From Candidatus Atabeyarchaeum deiterrae (GTDB lineage: Archaea; Asgardarchaeota; Atabeyarchaeia; Atabeyarchaeales; Atabeyarchaeaceae): a DNA stretch of 64,000 nt. Below, one piece after another: positions 32,129-41,871 of this stretch. The translations under genes were made by a program, and so were the position numbers. Numbering within the stretch: the stretch's first letter is position 1; the number at the start of each line of letters is the position of its first letter. Below the pieces are notes generated by a model. That model ran no database searches and was not told the DNA's origin. It was given only the letters and a program-made list of their open reading frames with translations. The stretch covers positions 2,464,001 through 2,528,000 of the forward strand of contig CP147780.1 of NCBI GenBank assembly GCA_037310415.1, given 5' to 3'.

Positions 32129-33232
32129 TTATCTGATTACTTTGTAGCCCTTTAATTTACTCAAGACCTTTTCGTGGTAGCAATCATTCATAGCTAAGAA
32201 AACGGTCTTGCATGGGTATTTTGACATGTCGTGCGGGGGAATTACGGGTTTTCCATCTAGCCGCAGTTTCCAATACGAGGGATTATCATCGACGAAAGCT
32301 ACGACATTTTCGGGTTTAACGAATCCTTTTGCTTTTAGAAACAGGTATATCAACCCGAGTCCGTACACGAATATTTCCTTATGTATGATATCGCCTGCCT
32401 TCCATTGCTCAACAACGCGTTCTATGTAACTTGTCGACTTCTGTATGTAAGGGTTGACATCCATCTTTTCCACGCGTCTCTCAACATCTTTCACAGCCAG
32501 ATACCTCATAGGAACACCCTTGGAGACCTCCTTCTCAATTACGCGTAGTCCACTCAAGTTGAAGATATTCGATAGACTTCCCTCTGTAAACTTCCACTTG
32601 TGATCAACGACTAATAGATCGGTCTTATTATTATCAAAGTTGGGAACATCCACTAGCAACACCGTATCATTATGCATACATTTCCTTATTAAAGAAAGAA
32701 ACTCTCTAGGGTTATCGACATGCTCTAAGACTTCAATCAATGTTATGATATCAAACTGCTCTCCTACGAAAGGAGAATCTTCAAAAAAACCTTTGAACTT
32801 GTTTATTTTGACTAGTCGCTTACTCAACATTTCGAAAGACTCGCTTGGTTCAACGCCGTATAAGGCTAGATTAGGGAAATGCTCATGGAGATAATAGAGA
32901 AAGTCTCCCTTACCGCAACCTACATCCAGAAGAGACCCTACACTCAGCCTTGTAAGATAGGGACTTATGAAATCGACGAGATACTTGCCTTGTTCAACAG
33001 CGCCTTCCGCAGTTATGATTGAACACTCGGTTTCTTCATGTAGAAGCTGATATCCCCTGTAGAACATTCTAGCATTAATGCTTGAGCCGTCTGCTACTTT
33101 GACTGCACCGCAATTGACGCAGAAATCATGCGAAAGGTCGCGTCTAAGAATTCTGTAGTCAGAAGTCAAAGCCACATCAGTAGCAAATTCAAGGGGCTTC
33201 AGCAGACCCCCACAGATTTCGCATTTAGACAT
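32129..33232 (-). CDS. Class I SAM methyltransferase with N-terminal Zn motif (sugar methyltransferase-like)
   Basis: CEIC...CVNC, LLDVGCGKG, EVLEHVDNP, and a C-terminal VYGLG...FVDDNP Rossmann-like tail. Confidence 0.85.
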   Translation of the reverse strand: MSKCEICGGLLKPLEFATDVALTSDYRILRRDLSHDFCVNCGAVKVADGSSINARMFYRGYQLLHEETECSIITAEGAVEQGKYLVDFISPYLTRLSVGSLLDVGCGKGDFLYYLHEHFPNLALYGVEPSESFEMLSKRLVKINKFKGFFEDSPFVGEQFDIITLIEVLEHVDNPREFLSLIRKCMHNDTVLLVDVPNFDNNKTDLLVVDHKWKFTEGSLSNIFNLSGLRVIEKEVSKGVPMRYLAVKDVERRVEKMDVNPYIQKSTSYIERVVEQWKAGDIIHKEIFVYGLGLIYLFLKAKGFVKPENVVAFVDDNPSYWKLRLDGKPVIPPHDMSKYPCKTVFLAMNDCYHEKVLSKLKGYKVIR

Positions 33233-33250
33233 ATTCTGGACTTCCCTTAG

Positions 33251-34090
33251 CTAGATTAGGGATCCTAAGGCTTCGGATAAGGCGGTTCTGGCTCTCCATC
33301 CAAGAAGATGAAAACCCTGTGCAGGGTCAACCACTAGGTTGGACGTTTTATTGTTTATGGAGACTATTTCTATCTCAGATCGTGAATTCGAAAGGTCTCT
33401 AATCAGTTCAGCCAACTGAAGAATAGAAGTCCCTGTTCCAGTTCCAACATTGATGGTCTCCCGCACGAATGACCATTGTTTCAGGCTTGCCACTATCGCT
33501 TCAGCAAGGTCCTCTTTGTGGAGATAATCTAGTACTTGGAAGCCATTTACATATTTGTGGACAGTGATCCGCACATTTCTTTTCGCGTTGTCAATGAACT
33601 TGTATATGACTCTGCTCTTGTCCATTCCTGGACCGTATATGTAGCTTGGTCTTAGTAAGACGGCTTTCAAGCCATAAAGCTCTTCATACGATTCAATTAG
33701 CTTCTCACAAAGATATTTGGTTTGGCCATAGACTCCTTCTGGTAGAGGTCGAGTCTCGGGAGATATAGTTTCCAAATTGTGATAACCAGTAAACACTGCG
33801 AGACTAGACAGGTAAAGTAGGGGTATATTGTTTAATCTACAGACTTCAAGTATATTTCTCAGCATCATGATTGCTTCTGACATGGAATTCAGAATATGCG
33901 GTAACCTTGGATGAGCTAGATGCACAATGAACTCGATGTTCTCTTTCTTTACTGCTAGGTCCAATTCGACTGGGCTGTTGACTGAGTCTAGATCGGTTCT
34001 CCCAGGACAGACAAGTCGATGATTACCCTCCAGTTTGGGAACCAGAGCACTTCCTACAAAGCCTGTCGAGCCCGTTAACAGTATGTTCAT
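33251..34090 (-). CDS. NAD-dependent epimerase/dehydratase
   Basis: LLTGSTGFVG, YGQTK, IYGPG, NVGTG. Confidence 0.88.
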   Translation of the reverse strand: MNILLTGSTGFVGSALVPKLEGNHRLVCPGRTDLDSVNSPVELDLAVKKENIEFIVHLAHPRLPHILNSMSEAIMMLRNILEVCRLNNIPLLYLSSLAVFTGYHNLETISPETRPLPEGVYGQTKYLCEKLIESYEELYGLKAVLLRPSYIYGPGMDKSRVIYKFIDNAKRNVRITVHKYVNGFQVLDYLHKEDLAEAIVASLKQWSFVRETINVGTGTGTSILQLAELIRDLSNSRSEIEIVSINNKTSNLVVDPAQGFHLLGWRARTALSEALGSLI

Positions 34091-34437
34091 AAGGTCCTTG
34101 TGACCTCCATTATGTCATTGAGTAATTCCAGGTTTATTGCTTGAGCCCCCATTTTTCTGGACACAAGTTTTATGGCTTCTTCGAGTGTTAGACCTAAGTA
34201 TGTTAATACTCCAATGGCAAGAGTATTGCTTCTAACGATGCCCTTGTCGCAGCGAATGACAACTTTTCTCCCTGCCTTAATTTCTCTTATGCACTGAAGC
34301 ATTCTCTCCTTTAGGATACGTCTATCATTTCCTTTTCCCTCAACTAAGTCTCTGACTTCAATTACCTGAACACCATTCTCATCGAGTTTCTCAGCGTAAG
34401 ATGCGGTTCCCAGGTTATCCTTCAGCCATACCACCAC
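34087..34437 (-). CDS. Small Cys-based (dual-specificity-like) phosphatase-fold protein
   Basis: VVIRCDKGIVRS = CX5R(S) P-loop; LEEAIKLV helix. Overlaps both neighbouring genes. Confidence 0.65.
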   Translation of the reverse strand: MVVWLKDNLGTASYAEKLDENGVQVIEVRDLVEGKGNDRRILKERMLQCIREIKAGRKVVIRCDKGIVRSNTLAIGVLTYLGLTLEEAIKLVSRKMGAQAINLELLNDIMEVTRTL

Positions 34438-35497
34438 TCTTCTTCACCTTCTCAAAAGGAATGTACAGCTCCGTTAATCCACGAAGATAATAACCCTTGT
34501 TTAATCTTTCAGGTTTCAACAGCCTATCTCCAAAAACAGACTGTAACAGTATATCAGGCTCGTTGAAGCCTGCCAAGGCTCTTAGGTATGTTGTTCCAGA
34601 GTGCCTAGGGTTTATTTCAAAAACGTAGAAAACGTCGCCTACTAGACGACCTTGAACATTCAAGCTCCACTTGCTTCCTAATATTCGGGCGATTCTCTCT
34701 GATTGCTCCTGCACGAGGCTGAAATTATCTATGATACCCTGACTAACCCCTGTGGACAGAACTCTTTCACCATATCTTATCATGTAAGATAGTCTATTAT
34801 GCAAAAGCCTCTTCAGAGCTATAGAACCAATGATATCTCCATGTGGAGTTGACAACACTCCAACCGTATACTCGCCTTCTTGTTCACCAATATATTCTTG
34901 CATTAGAGGACTGATGCTCCTTCTCATCAGATATTTCACAAAGAATTTGGCTTCTTCCTCGTCTTCAGCAAGAAATGCAAACCTCGAACCCCCGCTTGAA
35001 GTGGAGGGTTTAACGACAGACGGATAGACACCAAATTCTGTTACATCCTCTTCTCTGGAGATGATTTCAGTCTTCGGCACAGGAATGCCGTTCTCCTGCA
35101 GGTATTTGGTTTGTTTCGCCTTGTCACTGCATATGCGAATAACCTTGGGATCATTAATCATAAGCATGATTCCTGTTTCATCGAATGTCTTCTTATTATC
35201 GGCCAAAACCATGAGCTCTGCTTCTGAACCCGGCGCCAAAGCGCTGACCCTCTCCTTCTTGCACAGAGACAACATTGTCGACAAATAAGATGAGTTGTCT
35301 GCCCTGGGAACCATGAAGGTCCTTTCAAATTCTTCCATGTATAGCCCCATGCTTAGGGGTGATGCATCAACGCCAAGGAGCCGATATCTATTGGCAAGCC
35401 TCAACGCCTTGAATATCTCTAATCCTACTCCTCCTCCACTTACCCCTGTTATGAGAACCGTTTTCTGCGTGTCTCTGAGGGGAATCCGTATGGTCAT
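34415..35497 (-). CDS. ATP-grasp domain protein (carbamoyl-phosphate synthase-like)
   Basis: CSDKAK, VVKP...GGS, MQEYI, EYTV, FEINPRHSG. Confidence 0.88.
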   Translation of the reverse strand: MTIRIPLRDTQKTVLITGVSGGGVGLEIFKALRLANRYRLLGVDASPLSMGLYMEEFERTFMVPRADNSSYLSTMLSLCKKERVSALAPGSEAELMVLADNKKTFDETGIMLMINDPKVIRICSDKAKQTKYLQENGIPVPKTEIISREEDVTEFGVYPSVVKPSTSSGGSRFAFLAEDEEEAKFFVKYLMRRSISPLMQEYIGEQEGEYTVGVLSTPHGDIIGSIALKRLLHNRLSYMIRYGERVLSTGVSQGIIDNFSLVQEQSERIARILGSKWSLNVQGRLVGDVFYVFEINPRHSGTTYLRALAGFNEPDILLQSVFGDRLLKPERLNKGYYLRGLTELYIPFEKVKKSGGMAEG

Positions 35498-35711
35498 TCT
35501 CCATAAACCTCCAGACCATTTCTCAAACGAAGTCTATTCGACATTGCTCAGTCTTCACTCTCCTAATAGTTTACTAGTAAATGCTATTAGCTTTGAGGTC
35601 TGGTACCACTCTATCTGAGCTATCCTGTTCAAGAAATGCCTTCTCTCTTTCTATAGGACAGTCTCCCGTTATCTTTGTCTGATGATAGCAACCTGTTCAG
35701 CAAAGCAGTAA

Positions 35712-36632
35712 TCACTTCTCTGTTTCTGACGCCATTAACCTCTTAACGAATTCCCTCTTCTTCGCAAAATCAGATACAGGCTCAGCAGGGACACCTGCCA
35801 CCGTTGTATTGTCAGGAATATCCTTTGTTACCACAGCACCCATACCTACCAGACAGTTTCTGCCAATCCTGATGTGTTCCAAGACGGAAGCGTTTCCTCC
35901 GATCCATGTGCCATCTCCTACGCTACAACTTCCCCCCAGTAATGCGCATGCTACTACCATACAGTTCTTACCTAGGTGAACACTATGAGCCACGTGAACC
36001 AGGTTGTCAATCTTGGTTCCTCTGCCGATTATCGTCGCGTCCAAGGGCGCTCTGTCAATAACTGTGTTTGCCCCAATTTCAACATCATCCTCTATCATAA
36101 CTTTCCCAACATGAGGGAACTTCAACCAAGCTCCGTCTTTGTCTCGCTCGTAGCCAAAACCCGACTTACCGATAACAACCCCTGCGTGAATAACAACTCT
36201 ATCGCCTATCTCTGTGTCTCCGTAAATTATCGCAGAAGGATGTATTACTGCATGATGTCCAATAGTCGGTTTTCTGAAAGATCTGAAGTATTGGCTCTTC
36301 ACATCTTCCTCAGGCAAGATCAGATTGCACGCTTTTATGAAGTCAAGTCTGGGATTTTCGGAGATAATCACTCCCAGACTAGTATCCTTCAATATTGGGC
36401 CCGAAATCGAATCATAGACCTTTCTCGGCATTATCACTATCAGGGGCTGTGAGAACCCGCTGACGCTGCGTAGATACTCCAGGAATTTCACATCCTTAAT
36501 AAAAGTCAGACTGTCCGATCGTGGATTCACCGCCGAACAAATATCTTTCACCGCATATTCTTTGCCAATATACACAAGACCTAACTTCTTAGCAATCTGT
36601 CCACCAGTTAGGTTCCTAACTACGTAATCCAT
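35712..36632 (-). CDS. LpxD-like left-handed beta-helix N-acyltransferase
   Basis: [42 protein letters not shown], and hexapeptide repeats. Confidence 0.85.
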   Translation of the reverse strand: MDYVVRNLTGGQIAKKLGLVYIGKEYAVKDICSAVNPRSDSLTFIKDVKFLEYLRSVSGFSQPLIVIMPRKVYDSISGPILKDTSLGVIISENPRLDFIKACNLILPEEDVKSQYFRSFRKPTIGHHAVIHPSAIIYGDTEIGDRVVIHAGVVIGKSGFGYERDKDGAWLKFPHVGKVMIEDDVEIGANTVIDRAPLDATIIGRGTKIDNLVHVAHSVHLGKNCMVVACALLGGSCSVGDGTWIGGNASVLEHIRIGRNCLVGMGAVVTKDIPDNTTVAGVPAEPVSDFAKKREFVKRLMASETEK

Positions 36633-36787
36633 CCAACCACCTCAGCACTTGGACAAACTTAGGATTGTCTTTCCTAATCTTGGCAATACATTCACAAGCT
36701 TCCTAGAAGAATACTATCTGAATTCAAACTGCTCTGACTTTCTCATAGGAGTGAAGCTCCAACAATCCAATTTACTGTTTCCTGAAT

Positions 36788-37564
36788 CTAGAATTCTGAT
36801 TGCTCACCCTTTCCAGCCAGTTTTTTCGCCACATGGTCAAGCAAATTTCTATTGCCTGCTATAGCGCGATATGTACTATTCGGACGGAAGTGTGCATCTA
36901 TTTCCAAAGCCATTTCGATTATGAAATCAGAGAATATGTCAAGATAGTTCGATCCCTTGTCAGTGTAGTGCAGTGGATGCAACAATATCTGGATAGGATG
37001 TTCCTTGGCTTTCATGACAATCTTGTATGGATCTTTGCCCTTGAAATCCATGCAGGAATCAGAAATATAGCGGTCGTCGGCATATATCTTACTGTCATAT
37101 GCGTTCCTGTAGCCTTGAGTAGTGGGATATTTGCCGCTCAGAGAAGGATTGTGTAGACTAAGAGATCTTACTTTCTTGCCGACGATAGATTCGAGGATTT
37201 TTGCCTCCCGATCGGCTTCATCGTTCAATCGGTCTATTGGTATTTCACCATATACTACTGGGTCGAAATGCAGACCAATCTCAAAATTCATTCTCGATAT
37301 TTCGAGTAGTAGTTTCCTATTGGAAATCGACATCGGGTTGTAGGTGTGGCAAGTTGTCATTACTAGGAACGTTGCGGGAATGCCGCATTCATGTTCCAAA
37401 ACTGCGAACCTGTAAGCTGCTTTTAAGTCAAAATCAACGTCATGCCTAATGATGACGGCATTGGATCCGTCCCAGTCGCCAAGAGTGGTTACTTTGAAGT
37501 TATCTCTCAGGTAATTAAGGAATTTTCTCATCTCTGTGTAGCGAAAAATCGTGTTCTTGCTCAT
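36788..37564 (-). CDS. Polysaccharide deacetylase-like (NodB/WbmS-like) protein
   Basis: IIRHDVD, EIGLHFD, LHNP, YISDS, QILLHP. Start at ATG 37564. Confidence 0.7.
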   Translation of the reverse strand: MSKNTIFRYTEMRKFLNYLRDNFKVTTLGDWDGSNAVIIRHDVDFDLKAAYRFAVLEHECGIPATFLVMTTCHTYNPMSISNRKLLLEISRMNFEIGLHFDPVVYGEIPIDRLNDEADREAKILESIVGKKVRSLSLHNPSLSGKYPTTQGYRNAYDSKIYADDRYISDSCMDFKGKDPYKIVMKAKEHPIQILLHPLHYTDKGSNYLDIFSDFIIEMALEIDAHFRPNSTYRAIAGNRNLLDHVAKKLAGKGEQSEF

Positions 37565-37619
37565 GTATTGTCCGCCCTTCCTTTGCTGGATTGGCTCGTG
37601 TTCTCGATTTCCAATAGGT

Positions 37620-38729
37620 TCAAGCGTTGCTCTTGGCTTTCTCTTCACCTCTCAGGAGACTTACGATTCTCTGACTTGCATTGCCATCTCCGTATGGATT
37701 AATGACATTCTTGAATCGCATCAGAAGGTCATCTTGATGCTTGATTGCATATTGGATGGTTTTGATGATCTTGTCCTTCTGAGTTCCGGCGAGTAAGTTT
37801 ACACCGAGTTTATTTGTCTCGATCCACTCGGTTTCGTTTCTTAGAGTTATGCAAGGCACTTTTGACCAAAAAGCTTCCTTCTGTAGACCTCCAGAGTCTG
37901 TTAGCGCGAATCTGGCGGATGTGAGCAGATTTAGCATATCATGGTATCCCAATGGTTCAATTAAAGTCAAGTTTTTAGCAGATGGTTCGATTCCCAGTTC
38001 TTTTATCTTACTCTTGGATCTTGGATGAATGGGAAAAACTATTTTCAGATCGGACGCTAGAATCGCTTCAATCATTCCAAGGAACGTGTCTTTGTCATCG
38101 ACATTCTCAGCCCTATGAAGGGTCAATAAGTCGTACTCCTTGTTGTCCAAATCGAGCTTGTCCAATATGTTGCACTTCTTCGCTTGAGGCAGGTGCTTAA
38201 GATATGCGTCATACATCGTGTCTCCAGTTACGTCTACGTCCCCTAGCACACTTTCTTTGTGGAGGTTATTCTTACAGTTTTCAGAAACAGCAAAAAGCGA
38301 GGAGGAGATATGGTCGATGATGCGCCTGTTTACTTCTTCAGCCATGAACATGTCGTAGCTTCTGGCGCCGGCTTCGACATGTGCAACTTTGAGGTGAAGT
38401 TTAACAGAGGTGAGAGCCGCGCCCAGCGCTGAATTCGTGTCACCAGGTACCAAAACTATATCAGGTTTATAGTCCAGAAGGATCGCTTCAAGTTTAGTCA
38501 TTATCTGAGCAGTCTGATACGCATGTGAACCGGAACCAACCTCCAGATTAGCTCTGGGGGGAGGAAGGTCATTCTCGTCGAAGAAGATCTTTGATAATTC
38601 GTAGTCGTAGTGTTGTCCCGTGTGGACAAGTTGCAGTTCGACATCTCTGTGCTTCTCCGCTTCGTGAACAATGGGCGCTGATTTGATTATCTGAGGTCTA
38701 GTTCCAACGACAACCATTAGCTTGAGCAT
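37620..38729 (-). CDS. wecB: UDP-N-acetylglucosamine 2-epimerase (non-hydrolysing)
   Basis: VGTRPQIIK, HTGQHYD, GDTNS, HVEAGARS, TLHRAEN, TDSGGLQKEA, YGDGNAS. Confidence 0.95.
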   Translation of the reverse strand: MLKLMVVVGTRPQIIKSAPIVHEAEKHRDVELQLVHTGQHYDYELSKIFFDENDLPPPRANLEVGSGSHAYQTAQIMTKLEAILLDYKPDIVLVPGDTNSALGAALTSVKLHLKVAHVEAGARSYDMFMAEEVNRRIIDHISSSLFAVSENCKNNLHKESVLGDVDVTGDTMYDAYLKHLPQAKKCNILDKLDLDNKEYDLLTLHRAENVDDKDTFLGMIEAILASDLKIVFPIHPRSKSKIKELGIEPSAKNLTLIEPLGYHDMLNLLTSARFALTDSGGLQKEAFWSKVPCITLRNETEWIETNKLGVNLLAGTQKDKIIKTIQYAIKHQDDLLMRFKNVINPYGDGNASQRIVSLLRGEEKAKSNA

Positions 38730-38878
38730 AATGCGCCCAACCTTGTTACCAAGGGTACTAGTTACTAGCTATCCTTTTTACCATCTATTTAAGTAGGATG
38801 TTAATCGCATACCTTGACAATTAAGAAGCGCTTGGAACCTTATGGTTTTTCTCCAGCTAGACTCACACTTGTCTAGTT

Positions 38879-40282
38879 TCACTTGATGAATATGTTGAAG
38901 CCTTCGACCTGCCTAAGAATGAGTCCCTCCATGGCTGCGTCAGAGATGTTTATGGGAAGTATGTTCCGTGCGTCGATCAGTATGGCGTGTGCTGCCGCTG
39001 TCTTCAACACTTCACCTGCTGTCAACGAATCCTTGAAAGCTGAGTGTTCGGTCATAATGATTAACAGTTCCGCGTCTCTAGCAGCTTCACTTGTGCTGTG
39101 GGCAAGTCGTATCTTCTTATCGCCTAAGCTCAGATCTTCCGATACGTAAGGATCATAAGCAGTTATTGCCCCAACTCCTTTCTTCAGTAACAACTCTATG
39201 ACTTCATAGCTGGGAGAGTTCCTTGTATCCGCAATGTCTCCGCGGAATGCCAGTCCAAGGATTGTCACTTTGGAGTTCTTGAGTCCTTTTCCGCGGACTT
39301 CCCTAAGTGTGGAATCAGCCACTCTGATAAGCAGTTCAGGTTTGTCCTCGTTTACCTTCCTTGCAAGACTAGTCAATGGCAGTTCCTCGTTCTTATCCTG
39401 GGCGACTTGCAGCACGAAATAAGGGTAGAAGGGGATACACCATCCTCCCACGAACCCCGGGTAGTGGAGATAGCAAAAGGGTTGCGAGTTGGCTATTTTT
39501 CTGACTTCTATGAAGTCTATTCCCACGGATGTGCAGAACCTCGTGAGCTCATTGGCCAATGCTATGTTTACGTCTCTGTAAATTCCTTCGAAAAGTTTTT
39601 CAGTCTCAGCCACGGTTGAACTTGATGTCTTTATGACGCCTTGCTTGGCTATCACACCATATAATGCCGCTCCAGCTTCCGTGCTCTTGGATCCAATCCC
39701 GCCTACCACTTTTGGGTACCTTCTTTCTATGTCTTCAATTGCTCGTCCTTCAAAAACTCTTTCAGGGCTAAACGCCAATCCGAAATCCTCTTCAACTCTG
39801 AGTCTACTGCCCATCTCAAGTATTGGCTGAGCTACTTTGATAGTTGTCGTTGGAGGCACGCTTGATTCAATTATAACGAGATCGCCTTTCTTCAGTCCTC
39901 TGGCGATGACTTGTAAGACCTGCTTGAGAGCAGCAATGTCACAGTTTTTCTCCTTGCTCAGAGTCGTTGGTACGGCTATGATCTTGACATCAGATTCTCT
40001 AGACGCTTTGACTCCATCAAGAGTGGTTCTTAGTTTTCCTTCGGCGACGGACTCGCTAATGGCTTCGGGAATACCCGGTTCGTCTTTTATTGGCGATACA
40101 CCGGCACCTATTGATCTTACAACGTCCTCTCTCACATCGACTCCAATGACTTTTGCTCCAGCGCGGAGCCATACGGTGGCGATCGACAAACCCACATGTC
40201 CAAGACCATAGACTGCCACAGTGATCTTTCCTTCCTTTAGACTACTGTTAAGCGATTCTGGAGTACTATGAAGAACGTCCAT
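38879..40282 (-). CDS. wecC: Nucleotide-sugar dehydrogenase (UDP-ManNAc/GlcNAc 6-dehydrogenase)
   Basis: GLGHVG, ESSVPP, SPER, KLFEGIYRDVNIALANE, GGWCIP, GLAFRGD. Adjacent to wecB. Start at ATG 40282. Confidence 0.85.
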   Translation of the reverse strand: MDVLHSTPESLNSSLKEGKITVAVYGLGHVGLSIATVWLRAGAKVIGVDVREDVVRSIGAGVSPIKDEPGIPEAISESVAEGKLRTTLDGVKASRESDVKIIAVPTTLSKEKNCDIAALKQVLQVIARGLKKGDLVIIESSVPPTTTIKVAQPILEMGSRLRVEEDFGLAFSPERVFEGRAIEDIERRYPKVVGGIGSKSTEAGAALYGVIAKQGVIKTSSSTVAETEKLFEGIYRDVNIALANELTRFCTSVGIDFIEVRKIANSQPFCYLHYPGFVGGWCIPFYPYFVLQVAQDKNEELPLTSLARKVNEDKPELLIRVADSTLREVRGKGLKNSKVTILGLAFRGDIADTRNSPSYEVIELLLKKGVGAITAYDPYVSEDLSLGDKKIRLAHSTSEAARDAELLIIMTEHSAFKDSLTAGEVLKTAAAHAILIDARNILPINISDAAMEGLILRQVEGFNIFIK

Positions 40283-40528
40283 AATACGAACACAACTCCG
40301 CAAAACCATTCGGAGAGCAGGAATGCTGATTGATACCAAGTTTTACGATGAAGAATATGCTCCTATAAAGAAAGGCCGTTTATGAAGATTGCGATGGAAA
40401 GCGATAAATAATGTAAGTATTTGTTTTTGTCATCAATCCGACACCTTGCCCGGTTTACCGAGTTTCACCAAATTGGACGTTAAAAACTGGGGAAAAGCCA
40501 ATAACTGGAATTCAGAGGTAATTCAATC

Positions 40529-41254
40529 ATGAGCGCCAAGAAAGCACTACAATTCCTTAGGAATGAGGCAGACACGCTGAGGAATTTCGTCCGTTATGGG
40601 AACTATATCAATCCCATGCAAGAGAAAAACAACATGGACTGGTTCCACAAAACGTACTACAACGCTGCCTCTCGTGGTCAAACATGGGACAACACATATT
40701 GGCTTGGAGTCAAGGCTCTGAAGTGCCCATTCGACCTCTGGGTCTATCAAGAACTAATCTGGGAACTAAAGCCAGACCTTCTAATTGAGTGCGGCACAGC
40801 AAATGGAGGAGGAGCTTTGTTCTTAGCCACAATGTGTGACATTGCAAACAATGGCAAGGTTGTGACGATAGATATCGAGGATAGAAAAGACAGACCGAGA
40901 CATAAGCGAATAGAATATCTCACTGGATCATCAACCTCAGAGGAGATTGTGCAGCACGTAAGCAAAATGGTGCCTAGTAGGGGCAAAGTGATGGTACTGC
41001 TGGACTCCGATCATCACAAAGAGCATGTCCTTAACGAGTTGAGGATTTACAGCAAGTTCGTAACGAAAGGAAGCTACTTGATAGTTGAAGACACAAACAT
41101 GAACGGTCACCCCGTAGCGCCCGATTTTGGTCCAGGTCCGATGGAAGCAGTGGAAGAATTCCTAAAAGGGAACAAGAACTTCATCATAGACAAAGCGAAA
41201 GAGAAATTCTATTTGACATTCAACCCGAATGGCTATCTAAAAAGAATGAGATGA
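40529..41254 (+). CDS. CmcI/cephalosporin-hydroxylase family O-methyltransferase (rhamnosyl O-methyltransferase-like)
   Basis: WLGV..LKCPFDLWVYQE, IECGTANGG, LDSDH, YLIVEDT, GPGPMEAV. Confidence 0.92.
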   Translation: MSAKKALQFLRNEADTLRNFVRYGNYINPMQEKNNMDWFHKTYYNAASRGQTWDNTYWLGVKALKCPFDLWVYQELIWELKPDLLIECGTANGGGALFLATMCDIANNGKVVTIDIEDRKDRPRHKRIEYLTGSSTSEEIVQHVSKMVPSRGKVMVLLDSDHHKEHVLNELRIYSKFVTKGSYLIVEDTNMNGHPVAPDFGPGPMEAVEEFLKGNKNFIIDKAKEKFYLTFNPNGYLKRMR

Positions 41255-41287
41255 ATAAGATATCCACTTCGTAAATCCAACTTCGAG

Positions 41288-41839
41288 ATGAAATCCCATT
41301 TGAGTCCAAAAATAGACAAGGGGCTTGTCCAAGTTTACACTGGAAATGGCAAGGGAAAAACTAGCGCCGCGCTAGGTCTAGCCTTGAGAGCGATTGGTAG
41401 AGGATTCAAGGTCTGCTTTATCTGCTTCTTCAAGAAGAATGTGTCTGGGGAGATGCTGGCGGCCAAAGAATATTTTCCCGAAAAACTCGTCATCTATCAG
41501 ACTGGTCGCCCTGGTTTCATCTGGATCGATACCAAACCCTTGCCCAAAGACTATGAGCTCGCTAAGACAGCATTGGAGCTAGCGAAGAAAGTTGTTGAAA
41601 GTGAGGAGTACGATATTGTCGTATTAGACGAGATCAACCCCGCCATGGATCTCGGACTGATCAGTGTCGATGATGTCATCAAATTGATCAAGGAGAAGCC
41701 TCCCATTCTTGAATTGGTTCTGACCGGGCGAAGCGCCCCAAAAGAGATCCTGGATGTAGCTGATCTTGTAACCGACATGGTCGAAGTGAAACACTGGTAC
41801 AACAAGGGAGTATCAGGTAGACTCGGCATAGAATTTTAG
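41288..41839 (+). CDS. cobO: Cob(I)alamin/cob(I)yrinate adenosyltransferase
   Basis: QVYTGNGKGKTSAALGLALRA, VLDEI, LVLTGR, ADLVTDM, GIEF. Confidence 0.93.
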   Translation: MKSHLSPKIDKGLVQVYTGNGKGKTSAALGLALRAIGRGFKVCFICFFKKNVSGEMLAAKEYFPEKLVIYQTGRPGFIWIDTKPLPKDYELAKTALELAKKVVESEEYDIVVLDEINPAMDLGLISVDDVIKLIKEKPPILELVLTGRSAPKEILDVADLVTDMVEVKHWYNKGVSGRLGIEF

Positions 41840-41871
41840 AAATACCCTCAGGATTTTTAGCGGGGATCGGA

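Noticed and set aside
35712-36632. Lipid A biosynthesis (lpxD)
   Set aside because: No lpxA, lpxB or lpxC in the window, and the context is archaeal, so the gene symbol is withheld.
39425-39470. GGWCIP instead of GGHCIP in the WecC catalytic loop
   Set aside because: The catalytic Cys is intact; the variation is not enough to claim a new function.
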